From Callorhinchus milii (lineage: Eukaryota), in assembly GCF_018977255.1 (NCBI RefSeq), contig NW_024704762.1, positions 9,238,001 through 9,302,000 of the forward strand: a DNA stretch of 64,000 bases. Reading direction: 5' to 3'. Both the position numbers and the translations under genes were made by a program. Below, piece by piece: positions 40,167 through 64,000 of this stretch; the first letter of the stretch is position 1, and every line of letters begins with the position of its first letter. The notes under the pieces are model-generated. The model made no database searches. It saw only the letters and a list, made by a program, of their open reading frames with translations, and was not told the origin of the DNA.

Positions 40167-40570
40167 CCTCCAGGGGGCGGTGTCCGGCGACTGCCAGGAT
40201 CAAACATGGCGGCGCGGTCGCCAGCATCAAACATGGCGACACGGCTGCCAGCATCAAACGTGGCGGCGCAAATCGCCGGTGCCGCCGTGCATTTGCGGTG
40301 CCTCGTAAGGGGCCAAACAACGGAGCCGGAGGGAGGGAGGGAGAGGGGGTGGGGGCGGGAGTCGAGCCGTCAAAGCTTCACCGACCTAATCTCTAACGCG
40401 CTGCCGGTGGATCGGTTTTTTTTTAAAAAAAGAGCTGGGATCTGTTTTGCCAGCATCAAAGATGGCGGAACGATGGGGTTCGGGCTGGAAAGACGTAACG
40501 ACGTCGCGTTGGCGTCGCGGGAGTGAGTGACGCTGTCTGACGCACACGCGCGCGCGCGCGCACACACGGC
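40167..40570 (+). promoter_or_regulatory. DDX49 CpG-island promoter: CTCF-like site, four YY1-containing motifs, alternating purine-pyrimidine tract
   Basis: CCTCCAGGGGGCGG 40167-40180; AAA(C/G)(A/G)TGGCG within motifs at 40192, 40219, 40246, 40448; cacacgcgcgcgcgcgcacacacg ~40543-40568. Confidence 0.6.
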
Positions 40571-40597
40571 GGCGGCGGCGGCGCCCTCCGGGTTGAG

Positions 40598-43500
40598 ATG
40601 GCGGCCGCGTCGGGGACGGGGTTCCAGGAGCTCGGGATCAGGGACTGGCTGATCCAGCAGAGCCGGCAGCTGGGCATCAAGGAGCCGACGCCGGTTCAGG
40701 AGCACTGTATCCCGGCCATCCTGCGAGGTGAGGGCCGAGGCCCGAGGCCTGAGGCCTGGGCACACCGTTCCCCCCTCTCTCTCCCCTCCCGGGGACACGT
40801 GTCTCTCTGGGGCCCCTCGACAGTGGCTGCCACTGGTGTTGGGGGCCCAGATGTTGTCCCCCCCACCACACACCCACACCCACACACCAACACCACCCCC
40901 AAACCCCAGGGTCACTGAGGCCAGTTGTGGCCCTCAACTGCTGCCCTCACAGCGGTGGGTGGGTGGGGGTGAGGGGGTGGTGTGGTGGGTGTAGAGGGAG
41001 TGGTGTGGGGGGGGTGTGGGGGGAGGTGGTGTGGTGGGTGTGGGGGGTGGTGTGGGGGGGGTGGTGTGGGTGTGGGGGGTGGTGTGAGTGTAGAGGGGGG
41101 GTGTGGGAGGGGGTGGTGTGGGTGTGGGGGGGGGGTGTGGTGAGTGTAGAGGGGGGGGTGTGGGGGGGGTGGTGGTGGTCTGCGGGTTTCTGAGGACCCG
41201 TCGCTGCCCCTTGGATTGGTGGCGTCGACGCGACATCAGCCGAAGGGAGTACGAGGCGGGGAGGACACCGGAGGGCCCCGACTCCCCCCGCGACTCCCCC
41301 CGCGCTCCGGACTGCCCGGTTGCTGATTTATCCGCCGAGTCTCGCGAGGCTCGGGTGAGAGGGTCTGCCTTTGCCGGCCGTGCCCCGTCTGGTGTGAAAA
41401 AGGGTCCGTCGAGGTGGTTGCCAGGTTCCGACATCCGCCTCTTCTTTCCTCTCTCCCCCCCACCTTCTCAGGGCAAGACTGCATGGGCTGTGCCAAGACG
41501 GGCAGTGGAAAAACAGCAGCGTTCGTGCTTCCGATCCTTCAGAAACTCTCCGAGGACCCGTATGGGATCTTCTGCCTGGTGCTGTCGCCAACCAGGTGAA
41601 TATAAACGCTCCGTGAGAGGAGGTGAAAGAGTTGGCGGCCGGGCGCCCCTTCCACTCGCTCCGCGTGGGAGCTTTACACGTGCAAGGCTTGGTTCTTCCC
41701 ACGCTTCCCCACCCGTCTGGCGCCTCCGCGAGTTTCGCCCACAAAATACGCAGTCAATCCACTTTACAGTATATTCCGCGAAGTGCTCGGAGACGTCTCG
41801 AAACGGGTGGGAAAGCGCCGCATCAAATTGCAAGGATTATTATTGTTGTTGTTGTCAGTTGAGAACCAGTTTGTTTTGCTCTTTACAAGGGAAGGTATCA
41901 GAGGCTCGGTTAACTTGTACAAGTGACGCATCAGCATTTTACCAGAATTAAGAACTCTTTTCTCTTTGCTTGTGGCGGCAGGGAGTTGGCTTCTCAGATA
42001 GCCGAGCAGTTCCAAGTCCTGGGGAAGCCAATTGGTTTGAAGGATTGCATGATCGTCGGGAGAATGGGTACGTGTTGATCAGGGGATTCAGGGACCAGCT
42101 GGGCTCTGGCAGTTGCACTGACACTAAAGTCTTACCTTGTGGCTTCTCTTCTCTGCTTCCCCCCCCCTCCAGACATGGTGAAACAGGCCCTGGAGCTCTC
42201 CAGAAAACCTCACGTCGTCATAGCAACTCCAGGCCGACTGGCCGACCACCTGAAGAGCTCCAACACTTTCAACTTGAAGAAAATTAAATTTCTGGTAAGC
42301 CGGAGGGTTTTATTTTTTACACAAAAAAAATGATTCTATTGGAATGGGATCATTTTAAGGCGCCAACTCTCCGTGTGTACGTTGTCACACGCTTCAGGTT
42401 CAGAAGCTGCTGGCAGTCTGGTTTCTTTGCGGAGTGCGGGAGAACGGAGGAACGGCAGGAAAGAGGTCGGAAGTGACTGTGGAGAACCTTGCAGTACCCG
42501 TTTCTTACCATTAATTGGCTGCCGCGTTTCACCCACAAAATACAGTCACTGTATATTTTGTGAAGCGATTTGGGACGTCTCAACGGCGTGATAAGAAGCT
42601 ATGTATCCAATGCAAGGATTAATATTATTATTATTATTATTAAGAGGGGTTTTCCCAAACTCACCACCGCCCTCTCGTGGCAAAAACATTCCGCTGTTAC
42701 ATTAATGGACTGAATATTTCGAAGGTTGATCTGTGATGCCACAAAGTGTTTTAGTTCCAGAGATTGTGAAGTTGCGCCAAACTGTAGTGGATTTTGCTTT
42801 GATGGCTCAGTGAGTACGGATGGCGGTCCTGGCTTCCTCGCTCGGGGTTAATAGGTGATCTGTGTCCTAGGTTTTGGACGAAGCTGACCGGCTGCTGGAG
42901 CAAGGCTGCACCGACTTCACCAAGGACCTGGAGGTCATCCTGGGCGCCATCCCTGCCAAACGGCAGACACTGCTCTTCAGTGCCACACTGACGGACACGC
43001 TCCAGGAGCTGAAGAAGATTGCGATGAACCGTCCATTCTTCTGGGAGTCCAAGTCTGAGTAAGGAACCCCTGGTGATGCTGAACTGAATGGTCTTGTTAT
43101 TAGCGGCTATTGATTGGGTGCACATGGAGCAGTTTTACACATTGAGCACCTCAGAGCAGCATCGAGCGCTCATAGGTCAGTTAGGACATGTTGTACTGAA
43201 CCGTGTTACTGACCTCTCTTACTGTGCGTGTGTGTATGTGTCTCTCTCTCTCTCTGTAGAGTTCGCACAGTAGATGAGCTGGAGCAACGCTATCTTCTGA
43301 TCCCAGAGCGAATGAAGGAAGCTTATCTTGTTCACTTGATCCAGAAGACTCAGGATGAACATGAGGATTGGTCCATCATGATCTTCACCAACACGTGCAA
43401 GTGAGTGCAGTGGAAGTGGAGGGGGTGGTAATCTAGACGTACTTTACAATTAGAGGGTGGCTGGTGGAATCAGCCGTTAACCAACACTGACCCACTTCTC

Positions 43501-46089
43501 GTTATTTCCTGTTTTGCAGAATGTGCCAGGTTCTGAACATGATGCTGCGGAAATTCAGATTTCCCTGTGTGGCTCTGCACTCAATGATGCAACAGGTCAG
43601 GGCTGGTTTGAACTCAAGTGGGGGAAGAGCTTATTGGAATGGGGAGAAGGGGTGGGAGGAAGAGATGTGGGCACTGTTAGTAGTTTGTGGATCCTTTATC
43701 GTGCATGGTCTGAATGTCCTTACGTGAGCCCCAGGCAGGGAGATGTCACATTGCTGGAGCCCAGGCCTACCCACACAGGTGCTTCCTTCCCATCAGGACT
43801 CGTTGGATAGCTCTCAGGAAGGGAGATTGATTGACGCCTGTTCTTTTTCCCTCTTGTACAGAAGCAGAGGTTCGCTGCTCTTGCCAAGTTCAAATCCAGC
43901 GTCTTCAAGATCCTCGTCGCCACGGATGTGGCCGCTCGGTACGGAACGTTCTAGACTATTTGCACAACATGTAAATGGTAGCCTTGGTGTACTCTGGGCC
44001 GAGATGTGGGGGTGGGGGAGAAGAGGGAGATATGAAAATACTCACAGTTCTGGTGTTTGTCGTCTGAGCTGAATCCTTGCCTTGTTACCTGTTGTGAATT
44101 CAGTCTTTAAGTCTCTCTCTCTCTCTACAGCGGTCTCGACATCCCCACAGTCCAGATGGTTATCAATCACAACACGCCAGGCCTGCCCAAAATCTACATC
44201 CACCGCGTGGGCCGGACTGCACGAGCAGGTACGGAGAGCGTCTGGTCACTGCTTGGGTCGTTATCCATGTGCTACATTTTTCCACTGCTTTGAGGCAGCT
44301 CTCGGCACAACAACCCAACAGCAACACATACATTTACACATCGGGAGGACGTCCCAAGGCCCTGGGCAGTCAAGGAGTTTCATGCGAGCTGGGGGTTGGG
44401 ATCGGGGTGGGGTTTGGAGGATGACCAAAGGCCAGATCAAAGAAGAGGGTCGTGAGAAGAGCTTTGTTGGCGAATAGTTGCTGCACACTGCCTCTCGCTC
44501 CGTAGACTTACCTCCTCGGGGTATTTGTTGCTCTTTCACTGGTTCCTTGATACGTTACGCACAAACGGTTTCCTCCCTCAGGTCGTCATGGCATTTCCAT
44601 CACTCTGGTGACACAGTACGACATCCACCTGCTTCACGCCATTGAGGAAGAAATCAGTAAGTAGCACGGTGACAGACTCAACATAATCTCCAAGCAACGG
44701 CTCCTGATCTCAATGTAAATCTGACGTTTGTGTCACTGCCTCAACAGAATCCAAACTGAAGGATTATCCCGCGGATGAGAAGGAAGTGCTGCGTATCCTC
44801 ACTCACGTGAACGTCACACGGCGAGAATGTGAGATTGTGAGTACGTTTAATTGCGGCGGAAACAAGATCAGGGGGCTGGGAAAACACTGAACCGTTTTTA
44901 CTGGAGAGTTTAAATCGTGCAGGACAGGGATTTGGGAGGGGGCGGTGGTGGTGGTGGGGGGGGGGTCTTCTCAGACGCCATTCTAAACTAGGAGTCTGGA
45001 ATAAGTCAGAGTTACACACCCTGATCCTGTCTTTACTTAATGTCCGGAGGGGTGGTGGTGGAAGAGAATAGTACTTGTGTGCAACAAGGTGGGTGACTAT
45101 GCCTCTTCACCCATTCCCTGCGGTTTCTCTCCTCTGGTGGGATTTCAATGTGTCGGATGTATTTTGCTCACTTTCTAATGCTGTTAAAAACCGAGAAACT
45201 AACTCTGGCCGGTGGGGGAGTTGTTTAACGTACGTAGGTACGTAATTGTTTGCCTGATGTTGTTTTTTTTCGGGGGTGGGATTCGCAGGAACTTGAATCG
45301 ACCGATTTCGATGAAAAGAAGGAGATTAACAAAAAGAAACAGATGATTCTGGAAGGGAAGGTAGGAGACGGCAAACTATCAGAGGAACACGTTGGTGCAT
45401 TGCCAGACTGTGGCTTTGTGGCTACCGGTTGGCGGCCACGCGCAGTGGCCACAGGTGGAGCCTGTAATTCCCCTATCATGCCACTAGGGGCGCCCTTCGA
45501 GTTAAGTAAATAGGAACACTGCCTCCAATGGCCGGAACGTGTCACTGCAGCGCGGAACATATCCTACCAGACTGTACTTCAGTGTTACATGCGCTACGAC
45601 AACAACTTGCCCCTCATGCGTCCCAGAGCCCACGACAGTGGCAGAGCACGATGCTGGGCAAGGAAGGGGCAAGGACGAGAGGTAGAGGAAGAGAGTTCCA
45701 GAGTTCTTCCAGAGCCGAGAGCGTGGCCATCCGTGGTGGACCGGGGAGCACGAGGGGACGCGCGGGAAGCCGAAGCCAGTCGAGCGCGGGCAGCGGGGTC
45801 GGGGGAGTGGAGGTTAAGCAGATCAGAGAGGTAGAGATGCTGTTGCGAAAGCTGAAATGGATTATTTTGTAATGAATTCTCTCGGCTCTCTTCTTTTTTG
45901 CCCACGAAAAAAAAAAAGGATCCAGACCTGGAGGAGAAACGGAAAAGCGAACTGGCTAAAATTAAGAAAGAGAAACGGAAGTTCAAAGAGCGGATTCAGG
46001 AGACATTGGAGAAGCAGAAGGAAGCTCAGCTGAAGCACAAATTGCTGAAGCGAAGGAGGAAAGAGAAAGAGGCTGCCAAAGGAGAATGA
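40598..46089 (+). CDS. DDX49: DEAD-box RNA helicase DDX49/Dbp8, ~482 aa, 13 exons
   Basis: Exons 40598-40727, 41472-41595, 41982-42067, 42173-42294, 42871-43058, 43260-43400, 43520-43595, 43862-43938, 44131-44228, 44582-44656, 44748-44836, 45289-45360, 45919-46089; 1449 nt. Motifs [45 protein letters not shown]. Confidence 0.97.
40955..41180. repeat. G/T-rich low-complexity repeat in DDX49 intron 1
   Basis: Visible directly. Confidence 0.9.
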
Positions 46090-46738
46090 GCTGCCAACTG
46101 GGGGCAGGTTACCGGGAACTCAGGACAGACTCATCGCTGGGCCCTTCTTGATGAACTCAAACCTTTTCAAAACATTAATTCCCATCTGAAAAAACAAGGA
46201 TCTAAGACTTCTTTCGGTGACTTGAGCTGATTGTACCTCACACCCAATGGATTCTAGTCCTGAACATATGCAGCAGCCACTCTGTGTATGACACACAATC
46301 AGTGTATATTTCTTAAGAGCGACTGCTTTTTATTCTGCAACTCAGCTATTGCAGAGTTGCTATTGGGCAGTTTGTGGCTCAGATACCAGTCTTTTAATAA
46401 TCCTTGCATTTGACACAACGCCTTATCACGTCTTCGAGACGGCTCAAAGTGCTTCACAGAATAAAGTGTAAAGTGAATTGACTTTTTTTTCTAGTTGGCA
46501 AAACTTTTCCTCTGAAGTGGTTGACTCCTGTTAAAGGGTAAGGTTTCAATACCTCACTAGACCATTGGAGTATTGAGCATTGATTGACAGGATATTCGAC
46601 TTAGAAAAGCATCTCAAGCGAGCTTAGTCCCACTCACTTGAAATGACTTAAGGATTTCACCTGATACAGTACCACGTGGTTGATTTGTGTGCGTAAGTAC
46701 CTGTCAAATCATAATCTGGATACCCTAACATCTAGCAA

Positions 46739-46744
46739 AATAAA
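46739..46744 (+). terminator. Probable DDX49 poly(A) signal AATAAA
   Basis: Followed by ttgtttg ~25 nt downstream. Other AATAAA hexamers occur at ~46460 (inside a SINE) and 46826. Confidence 0.55.
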
Positions 46745-46769
46745 AGACAGACAATGAATGCCCTTGTTT

Positions 46770-49700
46770 GATGCCAGAGCTAATTTTTATTAATGATATA
46801 CGTTACAGCAGACAAATAGGTTGAAAATAAAACAATTCAGAGATGTTCTTCAGAAAAGGTTCTTTTCCCCACTCAACGGATACAAAACCAGTTGTCGTGG
46901 AGTTTTTTTAAAAAAAAATCGTAACTCCACTCCCTGCCACGCAAGAAAAGAAACTAAACAGCTGTAAGCAAAAAAAGCCATCCAGGGAAAGTGGGGTGGG
47001 GTTGGTGGAGTGAGTTAAGGGTCACTACATTTGATGGGGGGGGGGGGGTCTATAAAATCGATTATCATCTACCAAAAAGCCTACACACAACTATGAAATG
47101 ATTTTGCCAGGAAGCCGAAAAGCAAAACCAAAAAGAAAATCACAAACCAGTTTTCCTAAAACGAGAAGCCCTTTCAGCCAAACCCTGTGCAATAAAACAT
47201 CTCGACCACTTGACAGGAGGATAGGCTACCTTTGCGTCTGTCCGTCGTCCCTATTCCACAGCAGCTGTCCCTCTCGACCCTCTTACCAGCAGGATGGGTG
47301 TGCCAGTTGGTGCTTACAAACACACCAGTATTTTTGTGGGAGGGGTGCAGGACCTGGCTCAGTTGCCTGTGCATGCATATATACACACACACACAGTGTG
47401 GGCCAAACATACTCAGCAAGAGACAATCTAACTTGTTTAATAGTTATACCTTTGGAAACAAGTGATTTGAGGGGGTGGGTTACACAAAATAATTTGTTTG
47501 ATCTTAATTTTTTTGTGGGGGGGGGAGGTAAAGAGACAAGCCCGTAATTACTACTGTGCAGCTCCGGTGTATTGAAGGACCCTGCACCCCAACATTTTCA
47601 GTGCCCCCCCCACCTTTGGGAACCTCAATACTGAGGGCAATTCGTTATTCAGGCCACTGTTATCTGTCTTCTCAAAATCCCAAACGGGCTGAGGGTAAAA
47701 TAAGTCAGTCTATCGACTGCCCTCAACTGCGTATTTTCACTGTAGACGAGGGGCAAGAATTTAAAATTGGGTTGTAACACTCGTGTATTCGAAAGCTGCG
47801 AGTTTTGGTGTTGAGGTTGAATTGGTCGCCTGAAGCCAAAGGTGGTGGTGTCCAGGCAGCCTAGATAGCGAAGGTTTAACCTCGGGAAGCACGAGAGCAC
47901 ACACGGAATTCTGACCCCATCGAGCTGGCTACTGGCACTTTGCCTTTCTGTACTGGATCGGCAGGAGGATTTTCTTTGTTTTGAATGTGCACGGGGAGCT
48001 ACAGATGTTGTGGGATGGGAATACTTGCCAAAGCACAAGGGGAAAAGGTTGTTGCTGCTCACCCAGTTTGGCTCATCCACAGCATCGCCAGTGGAAGACA
48101 CGACATGCTCACTTGACTTAAGACTCATTCTAGTGTCTAGTTAGGATTACACCCCCCACAGCCTTCAGTATCCAGTGTTCACGTTGACAACTGTCAGTCA
48201 TATCCAAGAGGCAACTGTAATCATCCATGTATTCTGCTGGGTTTCTTCCATCGCCCGTGTATACACACGCACCATCTATCAGAAAGTCAGTGGTTGCGTT
48301 TGGCTGGTGTTTTCAGTCACTATTTTCTTTGCCACGTAAGATCAAATGTTCCCGTCGATCATTTAACTCAAGTGGCCCAGGGGTCAAGGCATCTGCCAAA
48401 GTCAACCATCAGGGCCCAGCTAGAGGGTGTCTCCCACACAGCACCGAAGACAAAGCTTTGCAATGGCTCCAATTGAAAACATTTCAGTAATAAACACTGT
48501 ACAAACATCTCACTCACAGAAATTAATCATTAAACACGTCAGCAATTTTTCAAAAACGATTTCACGATTCAGCCTTCGAACAAAGCCCAATAACAAAAGC
48601 ACCTTACCCATCATATGCGATTGACTGCGATGTTGGATAGCGCTGGTTGTACGATCTGACTGGCTCCTCTCTCTCGAAGTACACCATTAGCTGCAGATTC
48701 TCCCACCACTCCTCAAATTAAGTCTGCTCGTAGCCTTTTAAATACACCATCACTTTCTCCCTCCCCATGTGATATACACCCCTCAACACTGCCCTACCGC
48801 TCAACACTGCACTAAAATGCAACTCCCTGCTAAACTGTGCGACTAGCCCCCACCCATCTGTCTACCCCATAAAGTTCAGTTTTTTTTTGTAAGTTTTTTC
48901 CCCACCCGATTTTAAAACAAAATGTGATTTTTCCCTCCTTTCCACTATCCTCATCAACTGCCCGAGTCAGGGCCACCCTTTGCCTTGCTGAATACTGACC
49001 TGTCTCTGGGCTTAGTACACGGAGAGAGAGCGTCTAACGTTCCCACACTCCTGGTTTGACCTGTTCTCTCCCCTGCACTTATCTCTCTGCGGAGCCCGGG
49101 GCTTGGAATGAGCCGAATGGCAGCCACAAGCTCGGTTTCTCAGCTCTCTCGCTTAGCTTAAGACGAGACTCCACGCAGGAACCAGTTTTTTCGTCGTTTC
49201 CACACTTATACATATACAGAAGAAAACAAAAATCGACATTAGCAGATGAGCAGGTTCAAACACCCTCTTTCTTCCGTGTACCAGTACTTTTACAATAGAG
49301 TTATTACTCTTCCCATTTTGTCTGGAAAATAAGGGACTGGGTGGGAGGGGTGGGGAAGGGTTGGAAGGGGAAAAAAAATAGGTTGACCAAATGGCCCGAA
49401 ACAACTTGCATTTACAGACTAGAACTTTCCCGCTGGATTTCCGCGGAAAATTTTGTTTTTTTAAAAAAAATTGTAAAAATCGGCACACCCGCGCCCGAAA
49501 GCACATTCACCTCCCAAAACAGCCACTACCATCTCGGCGACTGACAAGCAAGTCCACAGTTACTTTTGGCGCGATACCCCCTTCCCCCCCACCCGCCCGA
49601 TTTTGAAGACACATTAAAATCAGCTACTTGTGAAAGATCTGGGGAGAAAATCGACGTGAGATGATAGGGGAGAGGCAGTGGGGCGTTGGAGGGATGGGTG

Positions 49701-50543
49701 GGGAGGGATTGGTGGGAGAGCGGAAAACCTGCATCTCAGAGTTGAACTCACGACCTTGGAACAGATTGAATGAACAGGAGGCTGGAAGGCAGGTCTTGTG
49801 TCAACTGGCTCTCTCTTGCTTTCTCTCTCGGTCTTTTTTTTGGAATAGAACAAGGAAACAAATCTTCGCTTCTCGACGGTGACGACTTACTTAACTGCTC
49901 GGATTTACAGCGTTTTAAAAAAAAAAATCGCTAAATGTAGCGTCCAAAGAGAACAACTGTGAGATAAGCTTTTCCTTGTTTTTTTTATTTATTCACACAC
50001 TAAGAACATCCCCTTTTTTCCTCCTAACAAGAAACAGACGATAGGATGTAGCAGGTGACTGTTGGTCGAGCAGTGAGCCCCTCCTCCTCCTCCTTCGACA
50101 AGGTGGGAGCAGGGAGGGACTCAGCAGTCCTATTGCATTCTCTCCAAGGGCTAGTTGGATGGTAACAGGAATAGTTTAGTAGATGTGTGAGACCCAGGTC
50201 TCGCTCGCCTCGCTGACAAGGCACACAAGTGCTCTTTTTATTTTCTTCGCTCCTCCAGTCAATCTCCTCGTCTCAATCTGCTAGCAGTGGTCTCGCTCTC
50301 TCTCTCTCTCTTTCTCTCTCTCTCCTTTTCTTTATCTCTCTCTCTCTCTCCCCCTCTTTTCTCTTCTCTTCCTTTCGTTTGGTTTCTCTTACTCTCTCTC
50401 TTTCTCTCTCGCTCTCCTGTTGCTCTCACACAGTGGTGCTTCAGTTGTCGCAGTTGGAAACAGGTATCCATTTTTGTTTTTTTCCCCAGATTGAATTACT
50501 GTTGAACTAAGCTCGGCTCAAGCCTAGCTCTCTTCACTTTAAC
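46770..50543 (-). other. UPF1: UPF1 terminal non-coding exon (long 3' UTR, ~3.8 kb)
   Basis: Acceptor TTTTTTTTGCACAG| at 50544/50543; donor 3 nt after the stop (TAG AGT|GTGAGG, 50879/50878). The distal end is inferred from the poly(A) signal. Confidence 0.6.
46786..46791 (-). terminator. Probable UPF1 distal poly(A) signal AATAAA
   Basis: tttatt on +, at the end of a long U-rich (minus-strand) tract with few SINE insertions. Confidence 0.55.
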
Positions 50544-50881
50544 CTGTGCAAAAAAAACACAGAAAGTGGGTCACTCAACAGCACCTTATAACATCATCGA
50601 GACATCTTACAACACTTCACGGGATAATAATAATTATCCTTGCATTTAATACAACGCCTTATCATGTCTTCGAGGCATCTCAAAAGTGCTTCAGAGCACA
50701 GTAAAGTGAATTGACTATTTTGTGGGCGAAACTCGGCAGCCAATTGCGAGCAGCAGCGTCCCGTAAAATGGATGTGTAATCAACACTACACACTCGGGCG
50801 AGCTGCTGTTAGAAACTGGGCATCTCCGAGGAGAACAACCGTAGAAACGCAACAACGAGAAGAAAACATGTGCCTCACACT

Positions 50882-63638
<12,757 letters not shown>

Positions 63639-64000
63639 CTACAATACAAGAAACACAAAAAAAATAAACTGATCAGAAAAGACTTGGTTGCAATCTGTGT
63701 ACAAGTCAGTCAGGCTTTGGCTCCTTGTTACCTTGGGCGGAAATTGGCGTCCTCCCTAGCCCTAGACGCACACCCTGGGCTTGAAGGCAAGTGAACAGCA
63801 ATCAGTGTATGTTAGGGCTTTAACTCCAGAGACCCCAAATCCTCATGGTCTTATCATCGAGACTTAATATTTAAGCCTTCAAGTCTTAAGATTTAAACAA
63901 ACAAAAAATAAATGGCCTCCAAATCATAATTGGATTCAAGAGTCTTCCAAAGATCTGCCTGGTCTTAAAATTAAGGTGGCAGCCTCAAGGTTAAGACCGT

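Noticed and set aside
45480-45495. CTCF-like ccactaggggcgcc
   Set aside because: One G short of the core spacing; too weak to call.

Overview
This is vertebrate (eukaryotic, intron-containing) genomic DNA, GC-rich and gene-dense. The dominant tRNA-headed Deu-core SINEs with L2-type tails and CR1/L2 fragments point to a cartilaginous fish, possibly a holocephalan (inference). Six spliced protein-coding genes can be reconstructed with GT-AG boundaries and consistent phases: UBA52 (-), an S100-family gene (+), KXD1 (-), HOMER3 (-), DDX49 (+) and the 3' 17 coding exons of UPF1 (-). Five of the six have human orthologues at 19p13.11. Nearly all long ORFs in the supplied track are artefacts of low-complexity repeats or assembly gaps. 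No prokaryote-type system (CRISPR, operon, defence island) is present, and I cannot claim a wholly new biological system. The best leads are: (1) an orphan S100 gene between UBA52 and KXD1; (2) an unusually divergent eL40 moiety of UBA52, plus a diverged copy of intron-4 sequence downstream of the gene; (3) a fixed-spacing TGCCAG-N7-SATGGCG composite motif repeated in both the UBA52 and DDX49 promoters; (4) an in-frame upstream AUG and clustered cryptic splice sites in HOMER3; (5) abutting DDX49/UPF1 poly(A) sites.
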